Below are positions 1-9,089 of a stretch of 64,000 bases of DNA, piece after piece. Made by a program: the position numbers and the translations under genes. How positions within the stretch are numbered: the stretch's first letter is position 1; each line of letters starts with the position of its first letter. The notes beneath the pieces are model-generated. The model did not search any database. It saw nothing but the letters and a program-made list of their open reading frames with translations, and had not been told where the DNA came from. Location: NCBI GenBank assembly GCA_034171505.1, contig JAXFGC010000027.1, positions 15,745 to 79,744 of the forward strand. The letters are read 5' to 3'. This DNA is from Candidatus Enteromonas sp. (lineage in GTDB: Bacteria > Bacillota_I > Bacilli_A > RFN20 > CAG-826).

Positions 1-180
1 AAAGGAAGAAGGCATCAAGGATTTTGGAGCGTGAACGCCCAACGTTATTTCACCAAACTTTTTGGGGATTTTGGCGAAAAGAGCAAAGGACCTCTTGCAT
101 TACAGGGGGTGGATTTCCATAAACTTACGGAGGATGACCCCAAAATTATGAAAGCGATTATCGATTTTTTGGGGAATTGA
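1..180 (+). CDS. 3' end of an unidentified CDS entering from upstream of the window (ends ...IDFLGN*)
   Basis: Frame +1 is open from base 1 to TGA at 178-180. No family is recognisable from the 59 C-terminal residues. Confidence 0.35.
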   Translation, partial: KGRRHQGFWSVNAQRYFTKLFGDFGEKSKGPLALQGVDFHKLTEDDPKIMKAIIDFLGN

Positions 181-199
181 AGGTATATTGTTTATCGCT

Positions 200-284
200 G
201 CACTGATGGCGGAATTGGTATACGCGCTAGTCTCAGGAGCTAGTCGGGCGACCGGTATGGGTTCGAGTCCCATTCAGTGCACCA
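200..284 (+). tRNA. tRNA-Leu (anticodon CAG), class II with long variable arm, CCA encoded
   Basis: Acceptor stem gcactga/tcagtgc. D arm gcg-gaattggtata-cgc. Anticodon stem ctagt/gctag with loop ctCAGga. Variable stem cgg-gcga-ccg. T arm atggg-ttcgagt-cccat. Terminal acca. Confidence 0.85.
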
Positions 285-296
285 TATTGAAAGCGT

Positions 297-336
297 AGGT
301 TTGATACCAAAAATAATGGTTTCAAACCTTTTTTGT
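297..336 (+). terminator. Putative intrinsic terminator after tRNA-Leu(CAG)
   Basis: aggtttga (297-304) pairs with tcaaacct (322-329) and is followed by a T-run. The loop is large, so the call is only moderate. Confidence 0.45.
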
Positions 337-450
337 TGAACGACAACTTTCTTTCAATGCTCTGTAGAACAAATCTGTCTGCATACCTCATTCTTAGTTT
401 GCATATTTTTCGTTGCTATATATGCAAAAAAAAAGAAAAAGGGGGCAAAT

Positions 451-781
451 ATGAAACAATTTGATTATTCGTTTCTCAGAAATCCGAAGGTTCCTGTCGA
501 TTTCCTAAATATGGCGAATGTGTTTTTTCCGTGAAGGCAGTCGCCGAAATTATGAAGAAAGAGAACCCCGCCTTTTTACTAACTTGCAGAATATCGCCTT
601 TGTTCAATCTGTCAAAGGGAGCAATCCCATCGAAGGCATTGTGACTACCGACAAGAGAATTGAAGAAATCGTTAGCCAAAACTCAAATCCCTTGAATCGC
701 AACGAAGACGAAATCTGGGCCCGGGACAAGAAAATCGGAAAAATCGGATCGACAAGGAATGCGAAATATGTTCGGAAATAA
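451..781 (+). pseudogene. Frameshifted and truncated Fic-family remnant (N-terminal domain only)
   Basis: A strong RBS (aaaaaggggg) precedes ATG 451, giving MKQFDYSFLRNPKVPVDFLNMANVFF, which stops at 532-534. The +1 frame continues ...NLQNIAFVQSVKGSNPIEGIVTTDKRIEEIV..NRNEDEI. The S..IEGI.TT motif is typical of the N-terminal domain of Fic proteins. The frame break lies at a T6 run (522-527). No HxFx(D/E)GNGR Fic core follows. Confidence 0.6.
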
Positions 782-852
782 GATTTCTATAGGAAATCAA
801 GGTTGAGATAAGAGAATGAAACGGAGATTACCGAACTTTCAAAGACCTGATA

Positions 853-881
853 TTGAAAAAGAGAAAGTCTCCTTCTATAAT
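853..881 (+). promoter_or_regulatory. Near-consensus sigma-A/sigma-70 promoter for tRNA-Leu(CAA)
   Basis: TTGAAA (853-858), a 17-nt spacer, then TATAAT (876-881). The tRNA 5' end lies 27 nt downstream. Confidence 0.7.
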
Positions 882-907
882 TCTTTCGCGTTTCAAAAGA
901 AACGTAT

Positions 908-995
908 GCCCGCGTGGTGGAATCGGTAGACGCGTTGGACTCAAAATCCAATGTCTGAAGAGGACGTGCCAGTTCGAGTCTGGCCGCGGGCACCA
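908..995 (+). tRNA. tRNA-Leu (anticodon CAA), class II, CCA encoded
   Basis: Acceptor stem gcccgcg/cgcgggc. D arm gtg-gaatcggtaga-cgc. Anticodon stem ttgga/tccaa with loop ctCAAaa. Long variable arm. T arm gccag-ttcgagt-ctggc. Terminal acca. Confidence 0.9.
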
Positions 996-1315
996 TCGCG
1001 ATCATTACGGCGACGCATCTACAGCGTTGCCGTTTTTAATAGGATATATCCTCGTATGCGACGCGGGGTTGGCGGGACGCTTGGTTTATTCCTTGGAAGA
1101 TGCCAAAGAAGCGATGGATCAACGCTTAAGGAAACTCTTTGATCCAGCGGATTCCCAATGCAATGGCAAGATTTTGATGCTTTTTCAGGAACGAATCTCG
1201 ACTGAAATGTAAGGAAACATTAACCGAACGAAAGGCTGAAAATCAGATGCCTCTTTCGCGGAATTCTATATATTCCTTTTCGGAAACCTGAATAATCCTC
1301 GATGGAAAAAGCATC

Positions 1316-1345
1316 GAATATCGATAGATGTCCCCCTTATTTTTA
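1316..1345 (+). repeat. Copy A (most diverged) of a 30-nt direct repeat family: cgaatatcgatagatgtcccccttattttt
   Basis: 24/30 identical to copy B (26412-26441), same strand. It lies in the non-coding stretch upstream of the GGDEF gene. Confidence 0.7.
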
Positions 1346-1526
1346 GGTTTAAGGATCTTCGTTTGATTTTGCTCTATTTGAAACCCATTTCGATTTTTGT
1401 TTCATAAATGGTTAGGAATCTCTCGTTATTTAGTTACTGAAAAAGTTATGTTCGTATGTGCGTGCAGGCTTGTGTTAAAATCAACAAGCGTCTTTCAAGA
1501 CGCGTTCTCAAGAACTAGGGGGTTCT

Positions 1527-2570
1527 ATGAAGAAAAGCATAAATTTGATTGAAGCCAGCTTAAAGGAGAACGTGCGAGCGTATAAACTCTTCCTTTTGGT
1601 CATCATCGCTTTGGAAGCCATCATGTTGATTTATGGTTTTACGACTTTTAATTTCTCCGAATTACGCCGCATCGTATATATCGCCCTTTACTGCTCATTG
1701 CTGTTGATTTCGGTGCTCACCTTAATTTTGCTTAGCATTGGTGCCCGACGTCCTTTGTGGTCGCGCGGAATGGCCTACATGTGTATCGTATACAGCATTG
1801 TCCTGGTGATTTGGTCCGCCGCGATTTCTACTTGCGATATTTTGGGCGATGGATATCCCGTCACTTACATGACTCTTCTTGCCGCGGTTGGTAGCGTCAT
1901 CGCTTTCCATCCACTTGCTTTCGTGGGTATTTCGGTAATTTCCGCGGCTGGGCTCATTGTCTCGGTTTTGCTTGCGGATGCGAGCAAGATGGACGTCCCC
2001 TTCTACATTAATTTCTTCATCTTTATTCTGGTTTTGGTCCTCGTGGAAGCGAGAATGTATCGTGCCACCGTCAAACAATTCGTTTTGACGACTCGGCTAA
2101 AGGAACTCGCGACGAAAGACGGCTTAACCACCTTGTCCAATCGTCGTTCCTTGGACGATTACATCACCAGTTTATCCAAACAAGAGTATTCCTTTACCTT
2201 TGTTTTGCTCGACATTGATAACTTCAAAAGCATCAACGACACCTATGGCCACCGCGTGGGGGACGATGCCTTGGTTATGCTCGCCTCTTTCCTTTCGGAA
2301 GCTTTTGGCGCGAACGTCTTCCGTTATGGCGGAGACGAATTCGCGATTGTTTCCTACCGCGCTCCCGAAGATGTTGCCGCGACCTTGGATGCCGTGAATC
2401 GAAAGCTTAAAGAGAAGGAACTCCGTTTCTCCCTCCAAGTATCCTGCGGCATCTACTTGGTCGGAGCCGGTACCGACGAACAAAAGATCTTCGAATTTGC
2501 CGACGAAGCCCTCTATATGGCGAAGAAAGACGGTAAGGGCTGCAGCAGAATCTTCACCGCTACGGAATAA
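1527..2570 (+). CDS. Membrane-anchored diguanylate cyclase (GGDEF domain)
   Basis: About 6 N-terminal TM helices, then ...LDIDNFKSINDTYGHRVGDDAL...RYGGDEFAIV. No RxxD I-site is visible 5 residues upstream of the GGDEF motif. Confidence 0.9.
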   Translation: MKKSINLIEASLKENVRAYKLFLLVIIALEAIMLIYGFTTFNFSELRRIVYIALYCSLLLISVLTLILLSIGARRPLWSRGMAYMCIVYSIVLVIWSAAISTCDILGDGYPVTYMTLLAAVGSVIAFHPLAFVGISVISAAGLIVSVLLADASKMDVPFYINFFIFILVLVLVEARMYRATVKQFVLTTRLKELATKDGLTTLSNRRSLDDYITSLSKQEYSFTFVLLDIDNFKSINDTYGHRVGDDALVMLASFLSEAFGANVFRYGGDEFAIVSYRAPEDVAATLDAVNRKLKEKELRFSLQVSCGIYLVGAGTDEQKIFEFADEALYMAKKDGKGCSRIFTATE

Positions 2571-2578
2571 TTCACTAA

Positions 2579-4108
2579 ATGAAGCGGTTTCATCCTTCGC
2601 TTCATTTTCTTTTTGCTATGATATCGCCCGGTATGAAATTGCCTTCGATTCGCCACCTCTTTGATCCCATTGACTTAACCAAAGGGAATATCACAAAAAA
2701 TATTCTTCTATTTTCCGTTCCTATCGTCTTGTCGTTGATCTTTCAGCAACTTTACGTTTTGACCGATGCGGCGATTGTGGGGCAAAACCTCAGTCCCGCG
2801 GAAGTGGCGGGGGTCAATAACTCCTCCAGTCTCGTTTTTATGGTCCTCCAATTTGGCTTTGGCTGCGCGTCCGGCTTCAGCGTCGTCGTCGCGGAGGCGA
2901 TTGGGAGAAAGGATGATGCGGGGGTGCGTCGTTCCTTCTTTGTTCAAATTGTCCTTTCCCTGCTTGTAAGCCTATTCTTGACCGCGACCGCGATTGCTTT
3001 GCTTCCCATCTTGCTTGGGCTCATGGGAATTGAAGCGAATGCGGCCGATGTCTACATGAATTCCGTGTACGTTTCGGCGTATACGTATCTTGCGATTATC
3101 TTCGGCGGGATTGTCTGCCAACTCTTTTATAACATGATCGTTGCCATCCTCCGTTCTTTGGGGGACAGTTTCGTTCCCTTTTTGTTTTTGCTAGGTTCTA
3201 CCGCGTTAAACGCGGCTTTGGATTTGCTCTTTATTTTGGTTTTTTCCATGGGCGTCGCGGGGAGCGCTTTAGCGACCGTGGTCAGTCAAGGCTTAGCGGC
3301 CATCGGGGCGTTTATTTACGCTTGGAAGCGATATCCTGTCCTCCACTTCCAAAAAGAAGACGCAAAGGCTCCCTGGAAAGAATACGCGGTTCACCTGAGG
3401 AACGGGTTGCCCCTTGGGTTTCAATATAGTCTTTTGGCAATCGGCATGGTCATTATGCAGTCGTCCATCATCGCGTTTGACATCCTCCCCGAAGGAGGGG
3501 CGATGCGAGAAAGCATGAGCGCCCAACTCGGTTATGGGGCGGCTTGCAAAATCATTAACTTCCTGATGGTTCCATTGAATGCCTTAGGGACCGCGATGCT
3601 GTCCTTTATTGGTCAAAACGATGGGGCGAAAGATGGAAAAAGAATCAAGGACGGGGTCATTAAATCCACGATTTTATTGCTGATTATATGCGGCGTTTTG
3701 CTCGTGCTTGGAATGCTTTTGACCATCAACGGAGCCTACCAATACGTCTTCCTTTCCGCGGATAAAGTGAGCGAGGAAACCATCGCTTTTGGGAATGTTT
3801 ATCTCTATCTTTCGATTCCGACCTTATTCTTCCTGGGGATGCTTTTCTTGGCGAGAAATGTATTGCAAGGACTCCAAAAACCCTTCTGGCCTTTTATGGC
3901 AGGGATTGGAGAACTCTTCGCGCGTATCTTTGTCTGTGTTTTCGTGCCTTCTTGGATCGCGGGAGGCCCCATCAATTCGACATCTGGCCCGATTCCCTTT
4001 ATTGGCGCGGCGTTAGGGGATACGGTTTCGTGGTTGGTTGCGACCTTAATCCTCGTTCCCTCGATGATTTCCGCAATCCTTCATTATTCCAAATCCAAAG
4101 AGGAATAA
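2579..4108 (+). CDS. MATE-family efflux transporter
   Basis: 12-TM profile. The N-terminus ...ITKNILLFSVPIVLSLIFQQLYVLTDAAIVGQ is typical of MATE/NorM-like proteins. An alternative start at ATG 2633 (MKLPSIRHLF) is plausible. Confidence 0.85.
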   Translation: MKRFHPSLHFLFAMISPGMKLPSIRHLFDPIDLTKGNITKNILLFSVPIVLSLIFQQLYVLTDAAIVGQNLSPAEVAGVNNSSSLVFMVLQFGFGCASGFSVVVAEAIGRKDDAGVRRSFFVQIVLSLLVSLFLTATAIALLPILLGLMGIEANAADVYMNSVYVSAYTYLAIIFGGIVCQLFYNMIVAILRSLGDSFVPFLFLLGSTALNAALDLLFILVFSMGVAGSALATVVSQGLAAIGAFIYAWKRYPVLHFQKEDAKAPWKEYAVHLRNGLPLGFQYSLLAIGMVIMQSSIIAFDILPEGGAMRESMSAQLGYGAACKIINFLMVPLNALGTAMLSFIGQNDGAKDGKRIKDGVIKSTILLLIICGVLLVLGMLLTINGAYQYVFLSADKVSEETIAFGNVYLYLSIPTLFFLGMLFLARNVLQGLQKPFWPFMAGIGELFARIFVCVFVPSWIAGGPINSTSGPIPFIGAALGDTVSWLVATLILVPSMISAILHYSKSKEE

Positions 4109-4350
4109 GGACTTTCGCATTCCCCCCTTGAAAATACCCCGGGATAAAAGAGGTTTTGTCCGATGATTTTACCCCCTTGGAACAAAACGAATTCGAGTTC
4201 AGGAAGGTATTCCTTTTGCTTTCGAATGACGCGAAGAAGAAGATGTTCGACTGCTCCCGGACGGTAGACATCCCAAAAGTTGGAACGGACGAGTTCCTCA
4301 ACTTCCTTTTCGAAGGAAGGTGGATAACGTTCAATTCGGTATTCTGACAT
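4084..4350 (-). pseudogene. Truncated GNAT (COG3153-like) acetyltransferase fragment
   Basis: MSEYRIERYPPSFEKEVEELVRSNFWDVYRPGAVEHLLLRVIRKQKEYLPELEFVLFQGGKIIGQNLF... resembles the N-terminal half of small GNATs. The acetyl-CoA binding half is missing. The last 25 nt overlap the 3' end of the MATE gene. Confidence 0.45.
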
Positions 4351-4418
4351 GAAGATGGTACGGCCGAATCTCCTGGTTTGGGGGTCAAAAATAAGGACGA
4401 ATGTGTTAGAATTGGGGC

Positions 4419-5372
4419 ATGGCAAATCCTGTTATTTCCATTGTCATGCCCGTGCATCGTTCTTTCGCGACCATCGAACGGGCCCTCAAAAGTGTTCTTG
4501 GTCAAGACCTCCTCGTTCCTTTTGAACTGGTTGTCAGTTTCGATGACAAAGGGGATGGAACCAAGGAGATTTTGGAAAAATACGCGAGTACGTACCCCGA
4601 TATCGTTAGAATTCACCCCAAAAAGAAAGCGACCGGGGCAGCAGGATCCCGTTATGAAGGGGTTGAGGAAAGCCGTGGGGAATTTGTTTATTTCATGGAC
4701 TCGGATGACGAGCTTTTGCCAAATTGTCTGAGCACCCTTTATACCGCCCAAAAGATATCCAATGCCGACTGCGTCAACTGTTCTTTCTACACGGTGAAGA
4801 ATGGAAAACGAACCTCGAATATCTTTGCTTCCAAAGGAATATTGACCCATGCCCAATGGCTCGATGCCTATCTCCACGACACTTCCTTCCGAGCTTTCTT
4901 ATGGACCAAACTAATTCGAAAGAGTTTGCTCCAAAAGACGCCTCTCCTTTTGCTGGAAGAGTATCCGGATATGTTCGAGGACATCGCTTACGGATTCTCC
5001 GTTTTGATGAAAGCCGATACGGTCGCCTGCATCAGCGACAAACTTTATTTGTATCACAAAGACAACCCTTCCAGCGCGACTTCCACCCCACGCGCGGACC
5101 GGTCTCTTTATCACATCGCGATCTTCGCTTGCATGCGCCAATACATCGAAAGCTATGGAACCCCCGCGGATTTGCGTCGTTTCTTCGCACATAAGACCCG
5201 TTATTACTGGAGCGTTTGGTTTGATCGCCTCCTAGATAAAAAGCATGGCGCGACAAAAGAATATTTCATCCAGGTGAAACGGGAGTTCGACGAAGTGATG
5301 GATGAAAACCTCCCCCTTCGGAAGGTGGGGGCGTTCTATTCCCCCATCGTTTCGCGAGGGATTCTTAACTAA
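4419..5372 (+). CDS. Family 2 glycosyltransferase
   Basis: ISIVMPVHRSFATIERALKSVLGQ...ELVVSFDDKGDGT...FMDSDDEL shows the GT-A fold signatures, including the DxD motif. Confidence 0.85.
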   Translation: MANPVISIVMPVHRSFATIERALKSVLGQDLLVPFELVVSFDDKGDGTKEILEKYASTYPDIVRIHPKKKATGAAGSRYEGVEESRGEFVYFMDSDDELLPNCLSTLYTAQKISNADCVNCSFYTVKNGKRTSNIFASKGILTHAQWLDAYLHDTSFRAFLWTKLIRKSLLQKTPLLLLEEYPDMFEDIAYGFSVLMKADTVACISDKLYLYHKDNPSSATSTPRADRSLYHIAIFACMRQYIESYGTPADLRRFFAHKTRYYWSVWFDRLLDKKHGATKEYFIQVKREFDEVMDENLPLRKVGAFYSPIVSRGILN

Positions 5373-6376
5373 TCTTTGCTTAAGGATTCGTAAGCCGCTT
5401 TTAATTCGAGGCCCACTTTATCAAGGGTCTTTTTGGATACTTCCTCGTACCCCGCATCGAGGATTTTGGGATCCTCCCCTTCCTCGATGAGTTTACGGAG
5501 GATGGAGACGAATTCCTCGTCGTTTTTGCCCTTATGGCAATTGACTCCATCCACGAGCCAATCTTGGTAGACACCGATGTCGCGGACGAGCAATGGGGTG
5601 CGGGAGGCCAAAGCCTCGAGGACGACGATGCCTTCGGTCTCTTCCAGGGAAGGGAAAAACATAGCTTTCGCAAGTTGGTATGCCCCGTGGATGACATCCC
5701 CTTTTCGATATCCCGCCATGATTACATTGTCGGGTTTCTTGCGAATCCATCTTTTCACTTTGAGGTTTGTGATCAACGGGTTTAGCGCACCAAACCAGAT
5801 GAATTTTACATCCGGGAATTTCCGAGCGACTTCGATGAAGGATTGGAGGCCCTTCCGTTCAAAAAGAAAACCAACGCCCATCACGAATTTATCTTCTCGA
5901 GTCAATCCGAACTCGGAGAGGAACTTTTCTTGGGCGGCCTCATCCCTTTTATATTCGTCTAGGTCGATGCCGTTGGAGATGTCGATAACGTTTTGGCAAA
6001 GGCCATAACCTTTGATTAAATCGCGGGAATATGGGGTGGGGGTAATGATCAAATCCGCACGGGAATACATCCATTTGATGCGGTGATCGAAGATGGGTTC
6101 GATCAGCTGCCAGCAGGTAAAGGAACGCCGAAAATCTTCATAGGTGGAATGCCCGTGAACAATGACGGGGATTCCCTTCTTTTTGCATTTCTTGAGCAAA
6201 CGCCCGGACTTCCACCATAAGGTATTGATGTGGGCGACCGTGTAATCGGTGTCTTTCGCGTTGATGGTAAAGTCGACGCCCGCGCTTTTGCAGGCGCGCA
6301 TTTGATGGGACATCGCGCGTCCGATTCCGGAATTGGAAATCGCGTCCGCCCCCTCGAAGTAGATTAATGTCTTCAT
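5369..6376 (-). CDS. GT4-family (GT-B fold) glycosyltransferase, glycolipid-synthase-like
   Basis: MKTLIYFEGADAISNSGIGRAMSHQ... and C-terminal ...FPSLEETEGIVVLEALASRTPLLVRD, the E-x7-E region typical of GT4. Start chosen at ATG 6376. Confidence 0.8.
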   Translation of the reverse strand: MKTLIYFEGADAISNSGIGRAMSHQMRACKSAGVDFTINAKDTDYTVAHINTLWWKSGRLLKKCKKKGIPVIVHGHSTYEDFRRSFTCWQLIEPIFDHRIKWMYSRADLIITPTPYSRDLIKGYGLCQNVIDISNGIDLDEYKRDEAAQEKFLSEFGLTREDKFVMGVGFLFERKGLQSFIEVARKFPDVKFIWFGALNPLITNLKVKRWIRKKPDNVIMAGYRKGDVIHGAYQLAKAMFFPSLEETEGIVVLEALASRTPLLVRDIGVYQDWLVDGVNCHKGKNDEEFVSILRKLIEEGEDPKILDAGYEEVSKKTLDKVGLELKAAYESLSKD

Positions 6377-6451
6377 GCTTCTAATTATCAAATCCCTTGA
6401 AAGGGAAGTAAAGGTGTTGCCAAGCTTAATAGACTCGCGTTTCCTTTGAAA

Positions 6452-6486
6452 GAAAAAGTCCCCAAGAGGAATGATTTCTTAGGGAC
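6452..6486 (-). terminator. Putative intrinsic terminator after the rhamnosidase gene
   Basis: On the minus strand, an imperfect long hairpin (gtccct...aagagg..ggggac) is followed by tttttctttc. Confidence 0.5.
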
Positions 6487-6506
6487 GTAGGAGGATCCGA
6501 TTCGGA

Positions 6507-9077
6507 TTAATCGGTGGTTTCGAAGCAATGGATTCCCGCTTCCAAGGTGTGGTTCTCACCGTTTGGCAAGACGAGTTCCGCGGTGCAGTTGGAGGGAACG
6601 GAAACGGAATAAACCGTTTTCCCATCCTTCTTTTCCCACCCGCTTTCCACGCGTCCATAGACGCTTTGGTAGCTTGCTTTCGCATGGGTGATCGTTCCGC
6701 CGGGAATCGGCTGGATGAGGAACGTGTGGGGGTTCTTGCCCATTTTGATTCCGCACATCGAACCAATGAGCCATTCGCACAAGGCACCTTTGCTGTAATG
6801 GTTGAGGGAGGCGATTCCGCGGTCGCTCGTTAAGTTCCCTTCCCAGGATTCCCAGATGGTGGTCGCGCCGTTTTTTGGCATGAACAACCATCCCGGGCAC
6901 TCCTCGTTTTCCAAGAGACGATAGGCGTATTTGACATCGATGGAAGCCAAAACGTTTAGGATGAAGGGAGTGGAAAGGAATCCGGTCCCAAGCCTCCATT
7001 TGTAGTTCTCCATCGCTTTGACGAGCCGCTTTTTGGCGAACTCGGTTTGTCCTTCGTCGAGCAAACCCATGTATAAGGGGCGGACGAGCCGCGCTTGGCG
7101 GTCAGTGTCGAGGGTATATTTTTTCGTGGTGACGAGTTCTTGATAGGCTCGTTTCGCCCCTTCACTGTACTCCTTGATCTTCGCGAGATTTTTGTCCTCT
7201 TTTTTACCGAGTATTTTCGCGATTTCCAGGACGTGTTTTAGGGTGAAATAGGTGTAAGCGGTCGATACTTCGGGGTGTGGGCTTGCGAAGTCGTACCATT
7301 GGAAGGCGCAGACGTCGTTTGGCTCCGCCCATTCCCCATAGGATTGGCCACAGTTGACCGCGTATTTCCGATTCTTGTGGGAGAGATGCATTGGATGAGC
7401 GTAGACCCCGCCCCATTTCCCTGCGCGGCGAATCATGAATTTCGCGTATTTGAGCATGCCTTCGTAATTGTCCTCGAGGATGCGTTCGTCGCCATATTTC
7501 CTATAGTAATAATAAGGAATATAGACTCCTGCACAGGCCCAGCCAACCGATCCGTTCATGACCCACATGAACCAGTCTTCGTTCGCGAAAGGAGCGATTT
7601 GGGGGAGACGTCCATTCTTCCATTGACGGTCGAAGATATCCCGGACGTGCTTTTTGGCAAACGAAGCGTAATCCACGAGATAAGAGGCTGTATTGAAGAA
7701 GAGCTGGCTATCCCCGGTCCAGCCCATTCTTTCGCGTGTGGGGCAGTCGGAGGGGAGGTCGGTGGAGTTGCTCTTCAAGGACCAAATCGTGTTTTTGTAG
7801 AACTGGTTGATCAAGGGGTGGGAACATTCGAAGGTGGAAGCCTCCTCAAAAGCGCTATAGACGGCGATTGCTTGGAAATCCTCTTTGGTAAAAGGAATGT
7901 CCGTATCAATCTGGGCGTATTGGAATCCGCCATAGAAGTACTTTGGACGATAGTCGTTTTCTCCTTCTTTACAGATGTAGGTGAATTCCTGAAGTGGAGA
8001 GCGCTTGCCCTTGTGGATGCATTGGATGTTCTCCAAGGTGAGTTCCCCGTCTTTCCCGAGCATTTCCCCGAGGGTGATGTGGATTTTGTCGCCTTTGTGG
8101 GCCTTCAAACAGAAATGAATATATCCCGAGAGGTTTTGAGGGAACCGGAGAACTTTCTTTCCTTTGGGGGTGATGATGAGTTCTACTGGGGAGAAAGATT
8201 CCCGTTCCTTCACCGTCACGTTGTTGGAGGCGGTGAGGTTCGCGTGGAAACGAACTTCCTTCGCTTGATCTTTGTAGGAGGGAGCATTGTTCGCGTCCAC
8301 GATTTCCCCATCTTCCAGGTCCGCGAAGAGGGTGGGCCCATCGCTGGACCAAGACCAGGAAGCGTCGCTGCAAAGCGTGATGAGGCTCCCGTCTTCCTTT
8401 TTCACTTCCAGTTGGGCAATGAATTTGGTTTGTTTTCCGTAAGTGTTCGTGCGGCCTTTTGCTCCACTAGAACCGCGGTACCATCCATCCGCGAGTTCGA
8501 CGGATAAGGCGTTCTCTCCCATTTGGAGGAGATTCGTGACGTCATAAACCTGATATTGGATGCGCTTGTTATAGTCTGTGGATCCCGGGGTTAAGAGGTC
8601 GTTGCCAACTTTCTTGCCGTTGATGTTAGCTTCGTAAAGTCCGCAGGCGGTGATGTAGAGACGAGCATGGGCGATGCTGGTGAGGTGAAAGGTTTTTCGG
8701 AAGCAGTCGACGGGGTAACGGTGATTCTTTTTGGGAGAGTAATTGCCGGTGATCCATTTCGCTTTCCAATCCTCTTCATGGAGCAAACCCATTTCGAAGA
8801 ATGCGTTTTCGCTTTCCCCTTCGTTGTCCTTTTCGTCGAACAAGGTGATGGTCCATTCGACACGTTGGCGGGAGAAAAGGGGGGTGGGGAAATCAACCCA
8901 CATGGAAGAAGAAACGACTTTTCCACTGTCCCAGACGACTTTTTCCCCACTCTTTGCGATGATGTGGAAAGCCGTTTGGCGGATTCCCCCGTGGCAATTC
9001 CACATCAAGCGAGGATGGGGGATATCAATCCCAATGGGATTCTCCAAATATTCGGTTCGTAAATGTATGGCCTTCAT
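6507..9077 (-). CDS. Alpha-L-rhamnosidase (GH78)
   Basis: N-terminus MKAIHLRTEYLENPIGIDIPHPRLMWNC. The 856-aa length and ...DCPTRERMGWTGD... are characteristic of bacterial GH78 enzymes. Confidence 0.9.
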   Translation of the reverse strand: MKAIHLRTEYLENPIGIDIPHPRLMWNCHGGIRQTAFHIIAKSGEKVVWDSGKVVSSSMWVDFPTPLFSRQRVEWTITLFDEKDNEGESENAFFEMGLLHEEDWKAKWITGNYSPKKNHRYPVDCFRKTFHLTSIAHARLYITACGLYEANINGKKVGNDLLTPGSTDYNKRIQYQVYDVTNLLQMGENALSVELADGWYRGSSGAKGRTNTYGKQTKFIAQLEVKKEDGSLITLCSDASWSWSSDGPTLFADLEDGEIVDANNAPSYKDQAKEVRFHANLTASNNVTVKERESFSPVELIITPKGKKVLRFPQNLSGYIHFCLKAHKGDKIHITLGEMLGKDGELTLENIQCIHKGKRSPLQEFTYICKEGENDYRPKYFYGGFQYAQIDTDIPFTKEDFQAIAVYSAFEEASTFECSHPLINQFYKNTIWSLKSNSTDLPSDCPTRERMGWTGDSQLFFNTASYLVDYASFAKKHVRDIFDRQWKNGRLPQIAPFANEDWFMWVMNGSVGWACAGVYIPYYYYRKYGDERILEDNYEGMLKYAKFMIRRAGKWGGVYAHPMHLSHKNRKYAVNCGQSYGEWAEPNDVCAFQWYDFASPHPEVSTAYTYFTLKHVLEIAKILGKKEDKNLAKIKEYSEGAKRAYQELVTTKKYTLDTDRQARLVRPLYMGLLDEGQTEFAKKRLVKAMENYKWRLGTGFLSTPFILNVLASIDVKYAYRLLENEECPGWLFMPKNGATTIWESWEGNLTSDRGIASLNHYSKGALCEWLIGSMCGIKMGKNPHTFLIQPIPGGTITHAKASYQSVYGRVESGWEKKDGKTVYSVSVPSNCTAELVLPNGENHTLEAGIHCFETTD

Positions 9078-9089
9078 TTTTGCTTACCG

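Noticed and set aside
853-1212. 119-aa ORF covering tRNA-Leu(CAA) and the ~200 nt after it
   Set aside because: It overlaps a well-folded tRNA gene and its promoter. The part downstream of the tRNA has no ATG or RBS and no recognisable family. It may be relic sequence but cannot be supported as a gene.
4386-4401. Inverted partial match to the 30-nt repeat (aaaaataaggacgaat, reverse complement attcgtccttattttt)
   Set aside because: Only about 13 positions match, with a 3-nt gap, and much of the match is an AT-rich run. This cannot be distinguished from chance.
7275-8507. 410-aa plus-strand ORF inside the GH78 gene. Similar cases are 53258-54163(-), 3999-4877(-), 9894-10733(+) and 58738-59433(-).
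   Set aside because: All are antisense shadows of well-supported genes. None has an independent start context or family resemblance.
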